In this document: positions 22,216-35,379 of the stretch, piece after piece | Numbering within the stretch: the stretch's first letter is position 1 | Layout: each line of letters opens with the position of its first letter | Assembly (NCBI RefSeq): GCF_006345805.1 | Contig: NC_043016.1 | Location: 7,502,001 to 7,566,000 of the forward strand | Direction: 5' to 3' | DNA length: 64,000 nucleotides | Origin: Octopus sinensis | Taxonomy: Eukaryota | The notes under the pieces: model-generated | Seen by the model: the letters and a program-made list of their open reading frames with translations, nothing else | Database searches by the model: none | What the model was told of the DNA's origin: nothing | Translations under genes and position numbers: made by a program

Positions 22216-25129
22216 CATATAGAGAGAGAGAAATATCTGGTTGAGGATCCACAGGGAAGTTCCTTTGGAGAAGATTTTGCACTCGGTAATAGTGTGCGCA
22301 TGGTATTTAGGCAGGTAATGACAAAGCGGTTGGACAGTATTTTGCTATACATGTGTAATACGCATATCTGTATGTATGCGGGGTATGGCTAATTTTAATG
22401 ATTAATTTTATATTTATTTTGATAAAGTGTTGTTATCATCTTGTAAATGTATGAACCCTTCCACCTCGTGTATATGTCAGGTTAGATGCTTTCAAAGGGT
22501 TATTGATGCCTTGCAAATGTTCACTTTGTGAACCTGAAGGCTAGCTGCATGCATAACTGAAAGCCTTCTTAATCTAATCTTTCTTCCTCTTTGCATAAAC
22601 AAATACATAACATTCCCCTTCCTACACTAACGAAAGATTGCCGCAAGAGAATATAAATGGCTTAACATTACATTGGCTAACAGACTTTTCAGATGTATGT
22701 TTAACCTAATATGCATGCATACAAACACAGCAATAAGCAAAATAACTTTTATACAGCTTAGTTGATCTAGTTAATACTGAAGCCACAGACAGATGTCTTG
22801 GTCTAAGGTTTTCTTTTAAATGGGAAGTGGACATATGTCTAAAGTCCCTAAACTATAGGAGAGCATGCCTCACAATAATAAAGACAAGGTGGACATGTAT
22901 AAAGACAATGAATGAAGAGCTGCTTTGGTTTATTCATTGAATCATGTGTTATTTTCTTTATATCAATATCTAATCCATTCTGATAATCAAACCAGCCATA
23001 CTGCTTATATTTCCATGAAGCATTCTATAAGTTGTTTTTCAGATGTATGTACATGCATACAGATGTGAGTAATTTTGCATATATGCATATCTGTTTGTAT
23101 ACATATGGCTTTATGTATACTTGTGTACATTGATTCCCCAGAAGATGATTAAAAATAAGTATCAGTAATAGACTGAAGTTGATACAATCAACAATGCTCT
23201 TTCCCAATACTTGTATGTGTGTGTGTCAAAATGTATGTGTGCATGGGGATATAACAAAGAAATAAATATCTAAATACAATAAAAAGGTGAAGAAAAAATG
23301 AAACAAAAATGGAAAAAACAAAAATGATCAAATAATAAAACAATAACACTAAAAAAAATATAATGCAGCAAGGGATAAATAGATTGTTGAAAAGCATAAG
23401 TGATCATTTTCAATAGAAAAACCTATATTTAGAAGAAAAAAAAATGTGTGTGTGTGTGTATGTGTGTATTTATGAACAGATATTAAGTAAGGCAAGACAA
23501 TCCTTATATTTCTTCAATACAGACTATATTGATTTTGTTAATGAAAGAAGACAACATATTTATAAAGGAGAACAATGGAGAACTTTATTATATTGATTCT
23601 GTTCCCAAGAGTATTAGGAGAAAAAAAATCACAAATGTCCCACACATAGCCATGTTTGTGGATTTGAAGCTAAAAATACAAAACCAAGAATTTCAGAAAT
23701 ATTAAAAAAGAAAAAGAATTTTTTTATAATTGATGATCGATCTTTCTTGTCAGTGAGGAGATCATCAACAGACTGGACATAAGGGCATTAGTGTCTTGAA
23801 TCCTTAGGTTCATAGGACTGGTTGTCCAGTTTCCATGATGTGTAAGTGATGAACAAGATGACAGTCAATTGTAGAATTACTCATTTGCATCTGAGTCAAC
23901 AGGAGCAATATAAAATGAAGTGTTTTTCTCAAGAACACAATGCAACACCCTGTCTAAGAATTGAAACCATGATCTTACAATCATTAGTGCAACACCCTAA
24001 CCACTAGGCTATGTGGTTTTTTCACCATAAACTGGAGACCTGGTCCCTGTGATACACAGACCAATGGCAACTTTTCTCGACTGTTCCTGAATTTGGGATG
24101 TCTATTTCTTTCCAATTGGATCCCTGCTTTTTCTCTCAGCTCTACCTCAGCTTCAGAGTACCCTTTCTTCTGTTTCCCTAGTGGGCTCATATATTTCTTG
24201 GAGGAAAGACCTTCCTTTCTCAAGTCTTGTTGGTTTTGAATTGTCATTGATGCTTCAGCAACTTTGCTTTGGCTCTTGGCAGTTTCCTAGAACAAGATCA
24301 CATTTCTCATGAACAAGATGCCAGTCCATTGTAGGATTGCTCATTTACATCTGAACTGAAAGGGCCAATGTAAAATGAAGTGTTTTCGCTCAAGAATACA
24401 ATCCACCCATTTTTATCTCTGGCAAGTGTATCACTACTGTCCTTTGACCCGTCCAGTATGGGAAGTTCTACCAGGAGTGTACATTCTGCTAGCATAGCTC
24501 TCAGCCATTAAAGAACAAAAGCTATTAAACTGCAACAAGGATTGGCCCTTGTTGGGGTTGCCAAAATTTGAATTTTGCTAGAAACATCAGCAGGCCAGGC
24601 ATTGGTGTTAAACCAGGAAATAGATTAAGCTTATCACTCATGAGCAAGGCTACTCCTTCTGATGGTCTTCTGCATAGTTTCTATCTACCAGTTCTACTCA
24701 CAAGGCTTTGGTCAGCCCAAGTCTATCATAGAAGACACTTGCTCAAGGTGCAACACAGTGGAACTGAACCTGGAATCATGTGGTTGAGAAGCAAACTTCT
24801 TACCACACAGGCATATCTATGACTATTGTGAAGATTTTAAAAGTCTACAGTTTTCAGTTTCAGCTTTCTTGGTTCATAAATTGCTGCAACAGAAAGCTTT
24901 ACATATTCCTATGGATATGATTAATACATATATCGGCAATACATTGGAGATGGTACAGTCAATAACACTTTCTTTCTAGAAATATGAGAAACAGTGATAA
25001 TATAATGGTACATGAAATGATTAAATATTTTACACTATTTAGTAAATATGTGTGGTGTTTCACATACGTGATAGCTTTATAATATTCTGTATGAGATTTA
25101 TATACTAACAATAACTCAAGGCAAGCGAA

Positions 25130-25810
25130 ATTGAAATTGATCAAAAAAAAAAAAAACAATGGAAATTGTAGTCGTGATACCAGTGCTAGTGGCACGTAAA
25201 AAGCACCAACCGATCATGGCTGTTGCCAGCCTCGCCTGGCACCTGTGCTGGTGACATAAAAAGCACCCACTACACTCACGGAGTGGTTGGCATTAGGAAG
25301 GGCATCCAGCTGTAGAAACACTGCCAGATCAGACTGGAGCCTGGTGCAGCCGCCTGGCTTCCCAAACCCCGGTCGAACTGTCCAACCCATGCTAGCATGG
25401 AAAACGAACGTTAAATGATGATAATGATAATGAACTCAAACTATACTCTACAATTTTGAAGCTTTTTGTCAATGTTAAAATATAGTAATAACACTACACG
25501 ACAATAATACAATTCAAATAACACATGACAATTCACAGAGTACAATCCAAGCAGGGTTGACAACTGTTAAACTCATCTTGTGTGTTTTTGTGTGTACCCT
25601 GATCTTGACAAAATTTGATAGTTGTAAATCAATGTCATTGTCACCCAAGTGTTGTCCTTTGTTTCCAGTCTTCTATGAAAAACATATCTGGCCATGGTTC
25701 CGGGTTCAGTCCCACTGCTTGGCACCTTGGACAAGTGTCTTCTACAATAACCTCGGGCTGACAAAAGCCTTGTGAGTGGAATTGGTAGACGGAAACTGAA
25801 AGAAGCCATC

Positions 25811-25876
<66 letters not shown>

Positions 25877-26703
25877 ATATGTTTGTCTCTCCAGCATCGC
25901 TTGACAACCGATGCTGGTGTGTTTACGTCCCTTTAACTTAGCGGTTCAGCAAAAGAAACCGATAGAATAAGTACTAGGCTTACAAAGAATAAGTCCTGGG
26001 TCGATTTGCTCAACTAAAGGTGGTGCCTCAGCATGGCCACAGCCACATGACTGAAACAAGTAAAAGAGTTACTTGGAAACAGATGAAGGTTGGTGACAGG
26101 GGTAACATCAAGCTACAGAAAATCTGCTTCAACAAATTCTATTTGACCCTTGTAAGCCTGGAAAACTAGACATTATATGATGATGATCTCAGTATTCCAA
26201 TATGTATATAAACATTCTCTCTGTGCTCTGTTTAAAAAGCTTACTTTTCTATTGACATCCATGTTACATGACATGACATTGAGTGGGGTAAAAAGCTTCA
26301 CCTAACAGAATTCCATACTACAACAAAAATGTCAATAACGCAACATTTCTGAAATAGAGTATACTTACATTGCTATAGCATAATGTAACTTTTGTTAAAA
26401 GAACCATCCTAAAGTGGCCGTTGTCAGCACCGCCTCGACTGGCCTCCGTGCCGGTGGCACATAAAAAGCACCAACCAATCGTGGCCATTGCCAGCCTCGC
26501 CTGGCACCTGTGCCGGTGGCACGTAAAAAGCACCCACTACACTTATGGAGTGGTTGGCGTTAGGAAGGGCATCCAACTGTAGAAACACTGCCAGATCAGA
26601 CTGGGCCTGGTGCAGCCTCCTGGCTTCCCAGACCCCAGTCGAACCATCCAACCCATGCTAGCATGGAAAGTGGACGTTAAACGATGATGATGATGATGAT
26701 GAT
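25130..26703 (+). mobile_element. Cluster: RTE tails (25130-25430, 26398-26703) and 5'-truncated SINE A (25692-26070)
   Basis: Family motifs as above, with (ATG)n tails on the RTE fragments. Confidence 0.8.
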
Positions 26704-27480
26704 GGCTAAAGCTATGTCTTGAAAAATACCTATTAGCCATATGTAAGAGTTGTGTGTTAAGAAACACACTTTGTGGGATACCTTGGGCAAGTATCTTCTA
26801 CTACAGCTTTTGGTCGAACCGTCCAACCCGTGCTAGTGCGGAAAATGGACGTTAAACGATGATGATGATGATGATGATGATGATGATCCTGCCTTTGAAT
26901 TCCAAACAGCTTCAGTCCAACCTTATTTGCAAGTTTTCAGTCAATCAGATGCCATGGTAAAAACATATATCCAAGTGGGATTGAATTCAGAACCTCATAA
27001 TTGTCATGCAAACTGCCTAACTACTTGGTCATGTCTGAGTCACATACACACAGTGTGTGTGTGTGTGTATGTCCTGACTGGCTCCCATGCCAGTGGCATG
27101 TAAAAAGCACCCATGACGCTCTCTGAGTGGTTGGCATTAAGGAAGGGCATCCAGTAGTAGAAACATTGCCAGGTCAGATTGGAGCCTAGTGCAGCCCACT
27201 GGCTTGCCAGACTTCAGTCAAACCATCCAACCCATGCCAGCATGGAAGATGATGATGATGATGATATGCTCTCTCTCTCACACACACACACACACTGATA
27301 GATGAGAAAAGAAAATATACAAAGGATTTAATTAAGTTAAAATAAGAAAACCCTAAACATCAAAAAAAGGAAAAGAAAAACATTAATAAAAAAAAAGCAA
27401 CCACTAAAAACTGAGAAAAATTAACAAAGAAAAAAAAATCTTTTTACAAGATAGATATTTAAAAAACAAAAAAAGATTAC

Positions 27481-27622
27481 CCTAACCCTTCCAATCCATT
27501 CCACAACATTAAAGGCTTTAAAACTGACGAAAGGCAGTAATCAATATCAATTGTCTTTTCACAGCTGCTCTTGTTCTCATTGTTAACATTGATATCTTTA
27601 TCATTATTGTGTTGGCATGATA
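27481..27622 (-). CDS. Candidate exon (xSCQHNNDKDINVNNENKSSCEKTIDIDYCLSSVLKPLMLWNGLEGL)
   Basis: Acceptor ttactttgcatatttcttcag, donor AGG|gtaatc. 142 bp open frame, followed by very T-rich intron sequence on the minus strand. Confidence 0.55.
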
Positions 27623-28189
27623 CTGAAGAAATATGCAAAGTAACAAGAGCACTCATTAAACTGCACAAGTTGGTGAGTTTATATTTTGGCAACTGGAGAG
27701 GTAGTCTGCGTCAGCTGATAGCAGTGTCAGTTTGTTATTGGACTGGCAATCTGGTTAAAGAGCTTGGCAAGTAAAGACAGTCAGGTTTTCATTCTCATGT
27801 CAGCTATGCAGAACGAAACTGCATAAAGCAGAGGGTTCTGAAACTAGCAAATGTTAACTCCCTATCTTAAAAATATTAGTGAATTATTTTGCCTGCCCAC
27901 TTATTTTTTTTTTCCCAATAAGAAATCAAAACACTTTGCATCCATGTAATTCTTTCTTCACCATAGTGTTGAAAAACTTAAATAGTTAGAAAAATTATTA
28001 AATATGACAATTTGTTGGCTTCCTTTTGCCAAAGCCAGAAAGTCTATCTGCCTGGAAGGATCAATATGCTGTGGTTGATAACGTGCAGGCATGCATTGAA
28101 AACTTCAGTATCTGCAGAGATTCCTACCAGTCTCTGTGACAAAGATACAGTTCTAGATATTTGGGATCTAGAATATTTTCAGGAACTCA

Positions 28190-28600
28190 CATCATCATCA
28201 TGGTTTAATGTCTGTTTTCCATGCTAGCATGGGTTGGATGGTTCGACCAGGGTCTGGGAAGCCAAGAGGTGCACCAGGCTCCAGTCTGATCTGGCAGTGT
28301 TTCTATAGCTGGATGCCCTTCCTAACGCCAACCACTCCGTGAGTGTAGTGGGTGCTTTTTACGTGCCACTGGCACAGGTGCCAGGGGAGGCTGGCAACAG
28401 CTACGATTGGTTGGTGCTTTTTAAGTTCCACAGGCACGGAAGCCAGTCAAGGTGGCGCTGGCATTGTCCCTGTACGGATGGTGCTTTTTATGTGCCACTG
28501 GTACAGGTGCCAGAGGAGGCTGGCAACGGCCACGATCGGTTGGTGGTTTTTACATGCCACCGACACAGAAGTCAGTCAAGGCAGCGCTGGCATTGACCAC
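28190..28600 (-). mobile_element. RTE 3'-tail fragment with four subrepeats
   Basis: Repeated ggtgctttttacgtgccac-type motif on the plus strand and a catcatcat tail. Confidence 0.8.
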
Positions 28601-28761
28601 TAGATGTTGCTGTTGGTGGAAGGTCCACATTAGATTTTTATTGGGAATTAGTTGTAACAAGCATGAGGAATAACATTCTCAGAAGAACCTGGGTGCTTAA
28701 GTAAGACTAGCATGATTTCCGACCCAGGTAATAGACAATCTCTAGAAATTTCTTGTCTTAC

Positions 28762-28831
28762 TGTGCTATTAGGATGCATTGCTAAGTTCAGAATAAGCTC
28801 TACAGGTCTAGAAGAGCTGACAGTTGACTGT
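28762..28831 (-). CDS. Weak candidate exon (xQSTVSSSRPVELILNLAMHPNST)
   Basis: Acceptor accttctacccatcacag, donor ACA|gtaaga. Only one frame is open; neighbouring exons are not established. Confidence 0.3.
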
Positions 28832-28906
28832 CTGTGATGGGTAGAAGGTGATTAAATCATTTTCTAACAACATCTTTTAATTATTGCAAACCTATGGAAT
28901 AGACTT

Positions 28907-29212
28907 TTGTGTCTGGGGAGAGTCATTTTCTTTTTGTGCCTTATTATGTAACAGACTCACTGGTAAAATTTCCACTTTTTTCTTATTTTTATTGTCCTAA
29001 AATTTTTGTTGCGTCTTGCAACCTTTTCAATAGTTTTGACTATTGAGAGTCAAAGCTAGAGAGTTTTGACTATTGAGAGTCAAAACTATCGAAAAGGTTG
29101 CAAGATGCACCGAAAATTTTAGGAAAATAAAAATAAGAAAAAAGTGGAAATTTTACCGGTGAGTGTGTTAAATTATAAGGCACAAAAAGAAAATGACTTT
29201 CCCCAGACACAA
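28907..29212. mobile_element. Fold-back MITE, almost entirely palindromic
   Basis: Arms of about 130 bp, ttgtgtctggggagagtcattttc... and ...gaaaatgactttccccagacacaa. The centre holds two ttttgactattgagagtcaaa copies. Confidence 0.85.
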
Positions 29213-30524
29213 CAGAATATGCTTCAACATATGAACTCAAAGAATCTTGCAAACGAAATCCAAAAACGAACTATGGAATAGAGTTATATATCTATTAGTG
29301 TAAGTAACATACATGTTCAGCTATCAGATCTGTCACACATGTATTACTACATATCAGTAATAGCAGATACATTGCAGTATTCAATCATCTCTCCTCTATG
29401 GTCAGAATTATAATCTCCAATGAAGTTTTCAGTGTTAATATTAAAATTAGTAGTAATATGCTGATGTCAAGTAGCCTATATGGCTGTCCCAACAATTTCA
29501 TGGTTTTGTGCTCAGGTCAGAAAATATCAACCATGAATTTAAAGCAACCAGAGGTTGACAGATATAGACATGCTTTTCCATATTTTATCTGTGTTCTGAG
29601 TTCAAACTCTGCAGAGGTAAATTTTATGATGTAGGGAGCCTTGAGCTAATTGAATCATTGTTTATGCAGTCATTTGATTTGCTAGATATGGTAGGGAAAT
29701 CTCCCTCAAATCATGTCTTAGTATCTTAATAAAAGGTAGGAGCACATTACATATGATGTCCTAGATACTTCTAAGAAGGAAAAAAATAAAATAAATAAAG
29801 CTGGAATGTCTTTGATCATAGGGTTACCTAGTCAGGATTTTCAACCTGGGGCTAAGTAACAACAACAACAATCCATCCAAATATGTTGCTTCATAAAACT
29901 GTGCCAAATGTAAGAAAATCTACTTATGGATTATGAAATCAATACTTATGTCAATTACAGGATGAAAGAAGGAAAAATGAATTCCCTCTCAGTGTTCAGA
30001 GAAAGATTCTTCGCATGCAAACATCTGCATAAGTAGTGTGAAGTATATGTGCTTTCGTCACATAACATGTCACGTAGAATTCTATGGCAATTCACAGGAA
30101 TAAGCACCATATAAGAGTTTATGAACAGTTATCAAAGAATAATGGTGAGTAGACATATTTACAGAAAAACTAAAAGAAAAACAAAACAAAAAAAAAGGAA
30201 AAAAAAAACAAAGAAACATATGGACACTTGGTTTATCATCCACTTGAGAAGACTGTGTCAGTTTTGCTTCATAAGTGAGTAAGTAGTACTAACAATGAAA
30301 TAGTGATTTCATTCTTAGATTGGTGTTGGAAGCAACGTGTTCTATTAACACAAGACAAAAAAAAAAAGAATATTGTAATCTCCTTCAGCGATATTTAATT
30401 AAGGAATTATTTCCTTGCAGCAATGCAACCATGTGCCCCAGATATAACAAAATTCACTTTCCTTCTTTTTTTTTCTTCTCTTCTCTTTTCTTAGAAGTTA
30501 CAGCAACACACATCCATGGATGCA

Positions 30525-30558
30525 AAACACACACACACACCTCTTTCTCCTTGCTATA

Positions 30559-30593
<35 letters not shown>

Positions 30594-30638
30594 ATCATGC
30601 ACAAACACACACACGCACGCCTCTTTCTCCTTGCTATA

Positions 30639-30673
<35 letters not shown>

Positions 30674-30924
30674 ATCATGCACAAACACACACACGCACGC
30701 CTCTTTCTCCTTGCTATACACATGTGTGTGTGTGTGTGTGCATCATGCACAAACACACACACACACACACACCTCTTTCTCCTTGCTATATATGGTGTGT
30801 GTGTGGTGTGTGGTGCATCATGCACAAACACACACACGCACGCCTCTTTCTCCTTGCTATACACATGTGTGTGTGTGTGTGGCATCATGCACAAACACAC
30901 ACATACGCGCCTCTTTCTCCTTGC

Positions 30925-30963
<39 letters not shown>

Positions 30964-31072
30964 ATCATGCACAAACACACACACGCACGCCTCTTTCTCC
31001 TTGCTATACACGTGTGTGTGTGTGTGTGCATCATGCACAAACACACACACACACACGCCTCTTTCTCCTTGC

Positions 31073-31104
<32 letters not shown>

Positions 31105-31110
31105 CATCAT
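30525..31110. repeat. Minisatellite, 8 units of ~67-80 bp with opposed (CA)n and (TG)n tracts
   Basis: The core ctctttctccttgctata occurs at about 30541, 30621, 30701, 30773, 30844, 30911, 30991 and 31059. Confidence 0.9.
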
Positions 31111-32209
31111 GCATAAACAAACACACATGCACTTCAATGTATCGAGGTTCTGCTGCAACATATCTTGTAATATATTTGTGTTGTTGACCAAATTGCGTAT
31201 AGAGTATAGTGACAAATAGAGCAATTGCTGTGTCATTATGCATTTGAGTAATATGCACTCATGCATTGAAAAGTCACACTCATGTATGCATGCACATGTT
31301 CACACACACACACTTGCATGCACACATTCACATTCATGTAAACTCAGATTCATACATACACAAATAAACAGGCAAATTCAGATTGAGAGATTCATCTACA
31401 TATAAACACACAAACACTTTTGCATATTCACACACACACACACACACACACACAAATATCTTAGATTCATATACTTATGCATATATACACATACATTTAC
31501 AGATTCATACTGCCATATGCATACACAAACATGTATGCTCATTTCAGATTCCTGCAGACACACACACACATATACACACAGATATGGATTTCATACACAT
31601 GCACTCACACACACATGCATTTATACACATGCACAGACATGCATACTTTCATACACACATACACATTCAAACACACACATGCATGCATTTCATGCATTTA
31701 CACATACATATATGCATTTCATGCATTCATACACACACATACATAAACATGCATGCGTTTCACACATACACACACACATGCATGCATTTCATTCATTCAT
31801 ACACACACACTCAACTCAAATGCACAAATGTGACAAAGAGTGAATAAGAGAGCCTCTACATGGTTTTCCAAACTGCTAGTGATAGCAGTTTAAAACTCCC
31901 TTACAATAATTGTTAAAAATATTGGAAGACACAGAGAAGAATGTTGTCCTAGTCGCAGCACAGCTGAAAAACAAGACATAAAATAAATAACAGATGGAAA
32001 GGTCATGGCTGCAATAACTTTGATCATAGGTCTGTTGGATCAGGGCTAGTTAAGCTGCGACTGAACAACAACTAATGCATTAAGAAAGCTTAAAAGCACT
32101 TGCATATTAGCACAAGCTTCAAAAGTATGTACATTTAACCCAAAGCTGGCATGGAAGAACAGACATGAAAAAAAAGAACAGATTGGAGGGGAAAGAAAAA
32201 AGATCTTAT

Positions 32210-32870
32210 ACAGGCTGTGTGGTAAGAAGCTTGCTTCCCAACCATGATTCTGGGTTCAGTCTTACTATGTGGCACCTTGGGTAAGTGTCTTCTACTCTAT
32301 CCTTGGGCCAACTAAAGCCTTGTGAGTGGATTTGGTAGATAGAAACTGAAAGAAGTCCACCATATATATATCTATATATATTTGTGTGAGTGTGTCTGTT
32401 TTTGTTCCCATAACTAAGTGGTTTGCCAAAAGTGATCAATAGAATAAGTACAAAGAATAAGTCCTGGGGTTTCTTTGATAAAAGGTGGTGCTCCAGCATG
32501 GCCACAGTCAAATGACTAAATTAAATAAAAGAATAAAAGATTAAAAGAATTTACTCTTTAATCTTTTATTTGCTTTAGTCATACTGGATGCTATACTGGA
32601 AGAACTTTAGTCAAACAAATCGATGATGGTACTTATTTTTCTTTTCTTTTTAAGTCTGGCACTAATTCTATCAGTCTCTTTTTTGCCAAACCACCAAGAA
32701 GGATGTAAACAAACCAACACTGGCTGTCAAACTAGGGCAGGGAGAAAGACACACAAACACACACACACACACACACGTGCACATATATGATAGACTTCCA
32801 CACAATTTTCCTTCACCAAATTCACTCACAAGGCCTTTGGTTGGTCTGGGGCAATAGTAGATGACACCAA
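32210..32870. mobile_element. Two diverged SINE A copies tail-to-tail (+32210-32545, -32560-32870)
   Basis: Family A head, core and tail motifs. Confidence 0.7.
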
Positions 32871-33789
32871 GATACTACACACAGTTCAGGTCAAGCTCTT
32901 AACTAGACAGCCATGCCACACATATATTTTGTATAAATTATATTATATTATATTATATATATATATATACACACTCACACACATACATATATATACTTTG
33001 TTGATGCCAGAAGGATTTATAAACTTTTGAGTGAACATGAAATAATTCTTTTCGGAATTGAATCTCAAAGTACATATAAAGCTATAAAAAGTAGCATGCA
33101 AATACCAATATTTACAAGCTATTATTTATGAGTTTATATGGACTTCAAAAATCAAATCAATATATTATATAAGAGAGAGAGAAAGAGAGAGAGAGAGAGC
33201 TAAAATTAAATGTCACAGTATTGACAAGACCATCAGATGCAGTTATATACCACTGATCACAATGCACTTTCAATTCTGTCTTGAATAATTAAATGTATAT
33301 AAACTCAAAAATTGAAGCACTGGTGAAATAAAGGACTCAATATATATTTTTTTTCATGTTTTACTCAAGAGAGTTCATGGCCTTTGAAATTAGTGGAAAG
33401 GAGAGATGAAAATATCCTCAAATTGGTAACCACAATGCTTGCAACAAGGTATAGTATGCTAAAGGCACCTAAGTTGTCAAGTATTAAGGTGATGGATTAA
33501 ATCCTCAACTCATACTGTGGGGTTTGAACTCAGAACACAAGAACTGGAAGAAATAGCATGAAGTAAGGGTGTTTTGGCTGCTATTTCTAGAAATTGCGGT
33601 GGGCAATGTAGAGGTCCCCTGCTTAGTCCCAATTTTTCATTTTGTGCTATATGTTCTGTAAAAGAAGAGTTTTGTAAATAGTGTACCATAACAGAGGTAT
33701 TAACCACAAATAAGCATTAGGATGTATATGACTCAGTAAAAGTCTTGAAGCTAGATGCATAGCATGGCCAGTCCCTTCAATAGCACCAT

Positions 33790-34275
33790 CATACACACAC
33801 ACATGTATATGTACATACACATGTATATGTACATACACACGCACACGTATATGTACATACACACGCACACGTATATGTACATACACACGCACACGTATAT
33901 GTACATACACACACACACGTATATGTACATACACACACACACATTACATACACACACACACACGTATATGTACATACACACACACGTACATACATACACA
34001 CATGTACATATACACACACATGTATATACATACACACACATGTATATACATACACACACAATGTATATGTATACGCACACAATGTATATGTATACACACA
34101 CGTATATGTACATGCACACATACATGTAAATGTACACGCATACACACATGTATATATACATACATACACACATGTATATGTACATACACCTACATACATA
34201 CACATATACGTACAGACATACATGTATACATACATACATAGCTACAAGCATACATACATAAATACACACATGCAT
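33790..34275. repeat. (CA/TA) microsatellite with ~26-bp higher-order unit
   Basis: Repeats of cacgtatatgtacatacacacg. Confidence 0.85.
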
Positions 34276-34498
34276 GCAGTGTAAGTCGCTTATTATGATT
34301 ATAGATAATGTTTTCAATCTTATTTTTGTTACGAAAATAAGATCCCAAACATCTTATTTGCGTGATACTGTTTGCCAGTTATTGTTATCGACAAAGGCTT
34401 CATCCTCCAGCGATCACAATAAGTGGATCCACTGTATACAATACTAATCTTATTTGTTATTTGGTATGGTTGATAAACTTATTGGAAACAAAACATTT

Positions 34499-35100
34499 AG
34501 CGGCGAGCTGGCAGGACCGTTAGCACGCCGGGCGAAATGCGTAGCCGTATTTCGTCTGCCGTTATGTTCTGAGTTCAAATTCCGCCGAGGTCGACTTTGC
34601 CTTTCATCCTTTCGGGGTCGATTAAATAAGTACCAGTTACGCACTGGGGTCGATGTAATCGGCTTAATCCTTGTGTCTGTCTTTGTTTGTCCTCTCTGTG
34701 TTTAGCCCTTTGTGGGTGGTAAAGAAATAGGTATTTCGTCTGCCGTTATGTTCTGAGTTCAAATTCCGCCGAGGTCGACTTTGCCTTTCATTCTCTCGGG
34801 GGTTGATTTAAAAAGTACCAGTTACGCACTGGGGTCGATGTAATCGACTTAATCCGTGTGTCTGTCCTTGTTTGTCCACTCTGTGTTTAGCCCCATATGG
34901 GTAGTAAAGAAATAGGTATTTCGTCTGCCGTTACGTTCTGAGTTCAAATTCCGCCGAGGTTGACTTTGCCTTTCATCCTTTTGGGGTCGATAAATTAAGT
35001 ACCTGGTACGCACTGGGGTTGATATAATCAACTTAATCCATCTGTCTGTCCTTGTTTGTCCCCTCTGTGTTTAGCTTCTTGTGGGTAGTAAAGAAATAGG
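34499..35100 (+). mobile_element. SINE family B tandem trimer
   Basis: One headed unit, then two headless units of about 185 bp. Junctions aaagaaataggtatttcgtc at 34721 and 34906. Confidence 0.9.
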
Positions 35101-35379
35101 TATGACTATACATTTAGCAAAGTAGTATATTCTGATTACAGCAGATTAACTGGGACTAAGTTTTGCCTTTAAACAGTTTTTTCAACCAGCATACACAACT
35201 CATTTGCACAAAAGTGCATGTAAATAGAGACAAATGCTGTTGGCACAAATATACATGTGAACACACAAACACAGACATAGACATCTGTTGAAATTAAAAC
35301 TAAGTGGTTAGGCATTATATGACAACCATGTTAAAAGAAAAATAAAACTGGAGGAGTAGAGGAATGCAGGAGGAGATGG

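Noticed and set aside
23984-24290. Minus-strand ~100-aa K/E/R-rich ORF
   Set aside because: Both ends lie in SINE C remnants, the donor is weak and no phase partner was found. It may be a TE fragment.
28052-28133. Possible exon RLVGISADTEVFNACLHVINHSILILP linking 28762 and 27622
   Set aside because: It needs a weak GC donor (CAG|gcagat). The phase fit may be chance; similar weak candidates at 25598-25672, 37450-37590 and 15764-15820 were also left out.
30320-31258. Cys/His-rich 299-aa ORF and apparent CRISPR-like regular repeats
   Set aside because: This is a eukaryotic minisatellite. The spacers are simple repeats, not unique sequence, and there are no cas genes.
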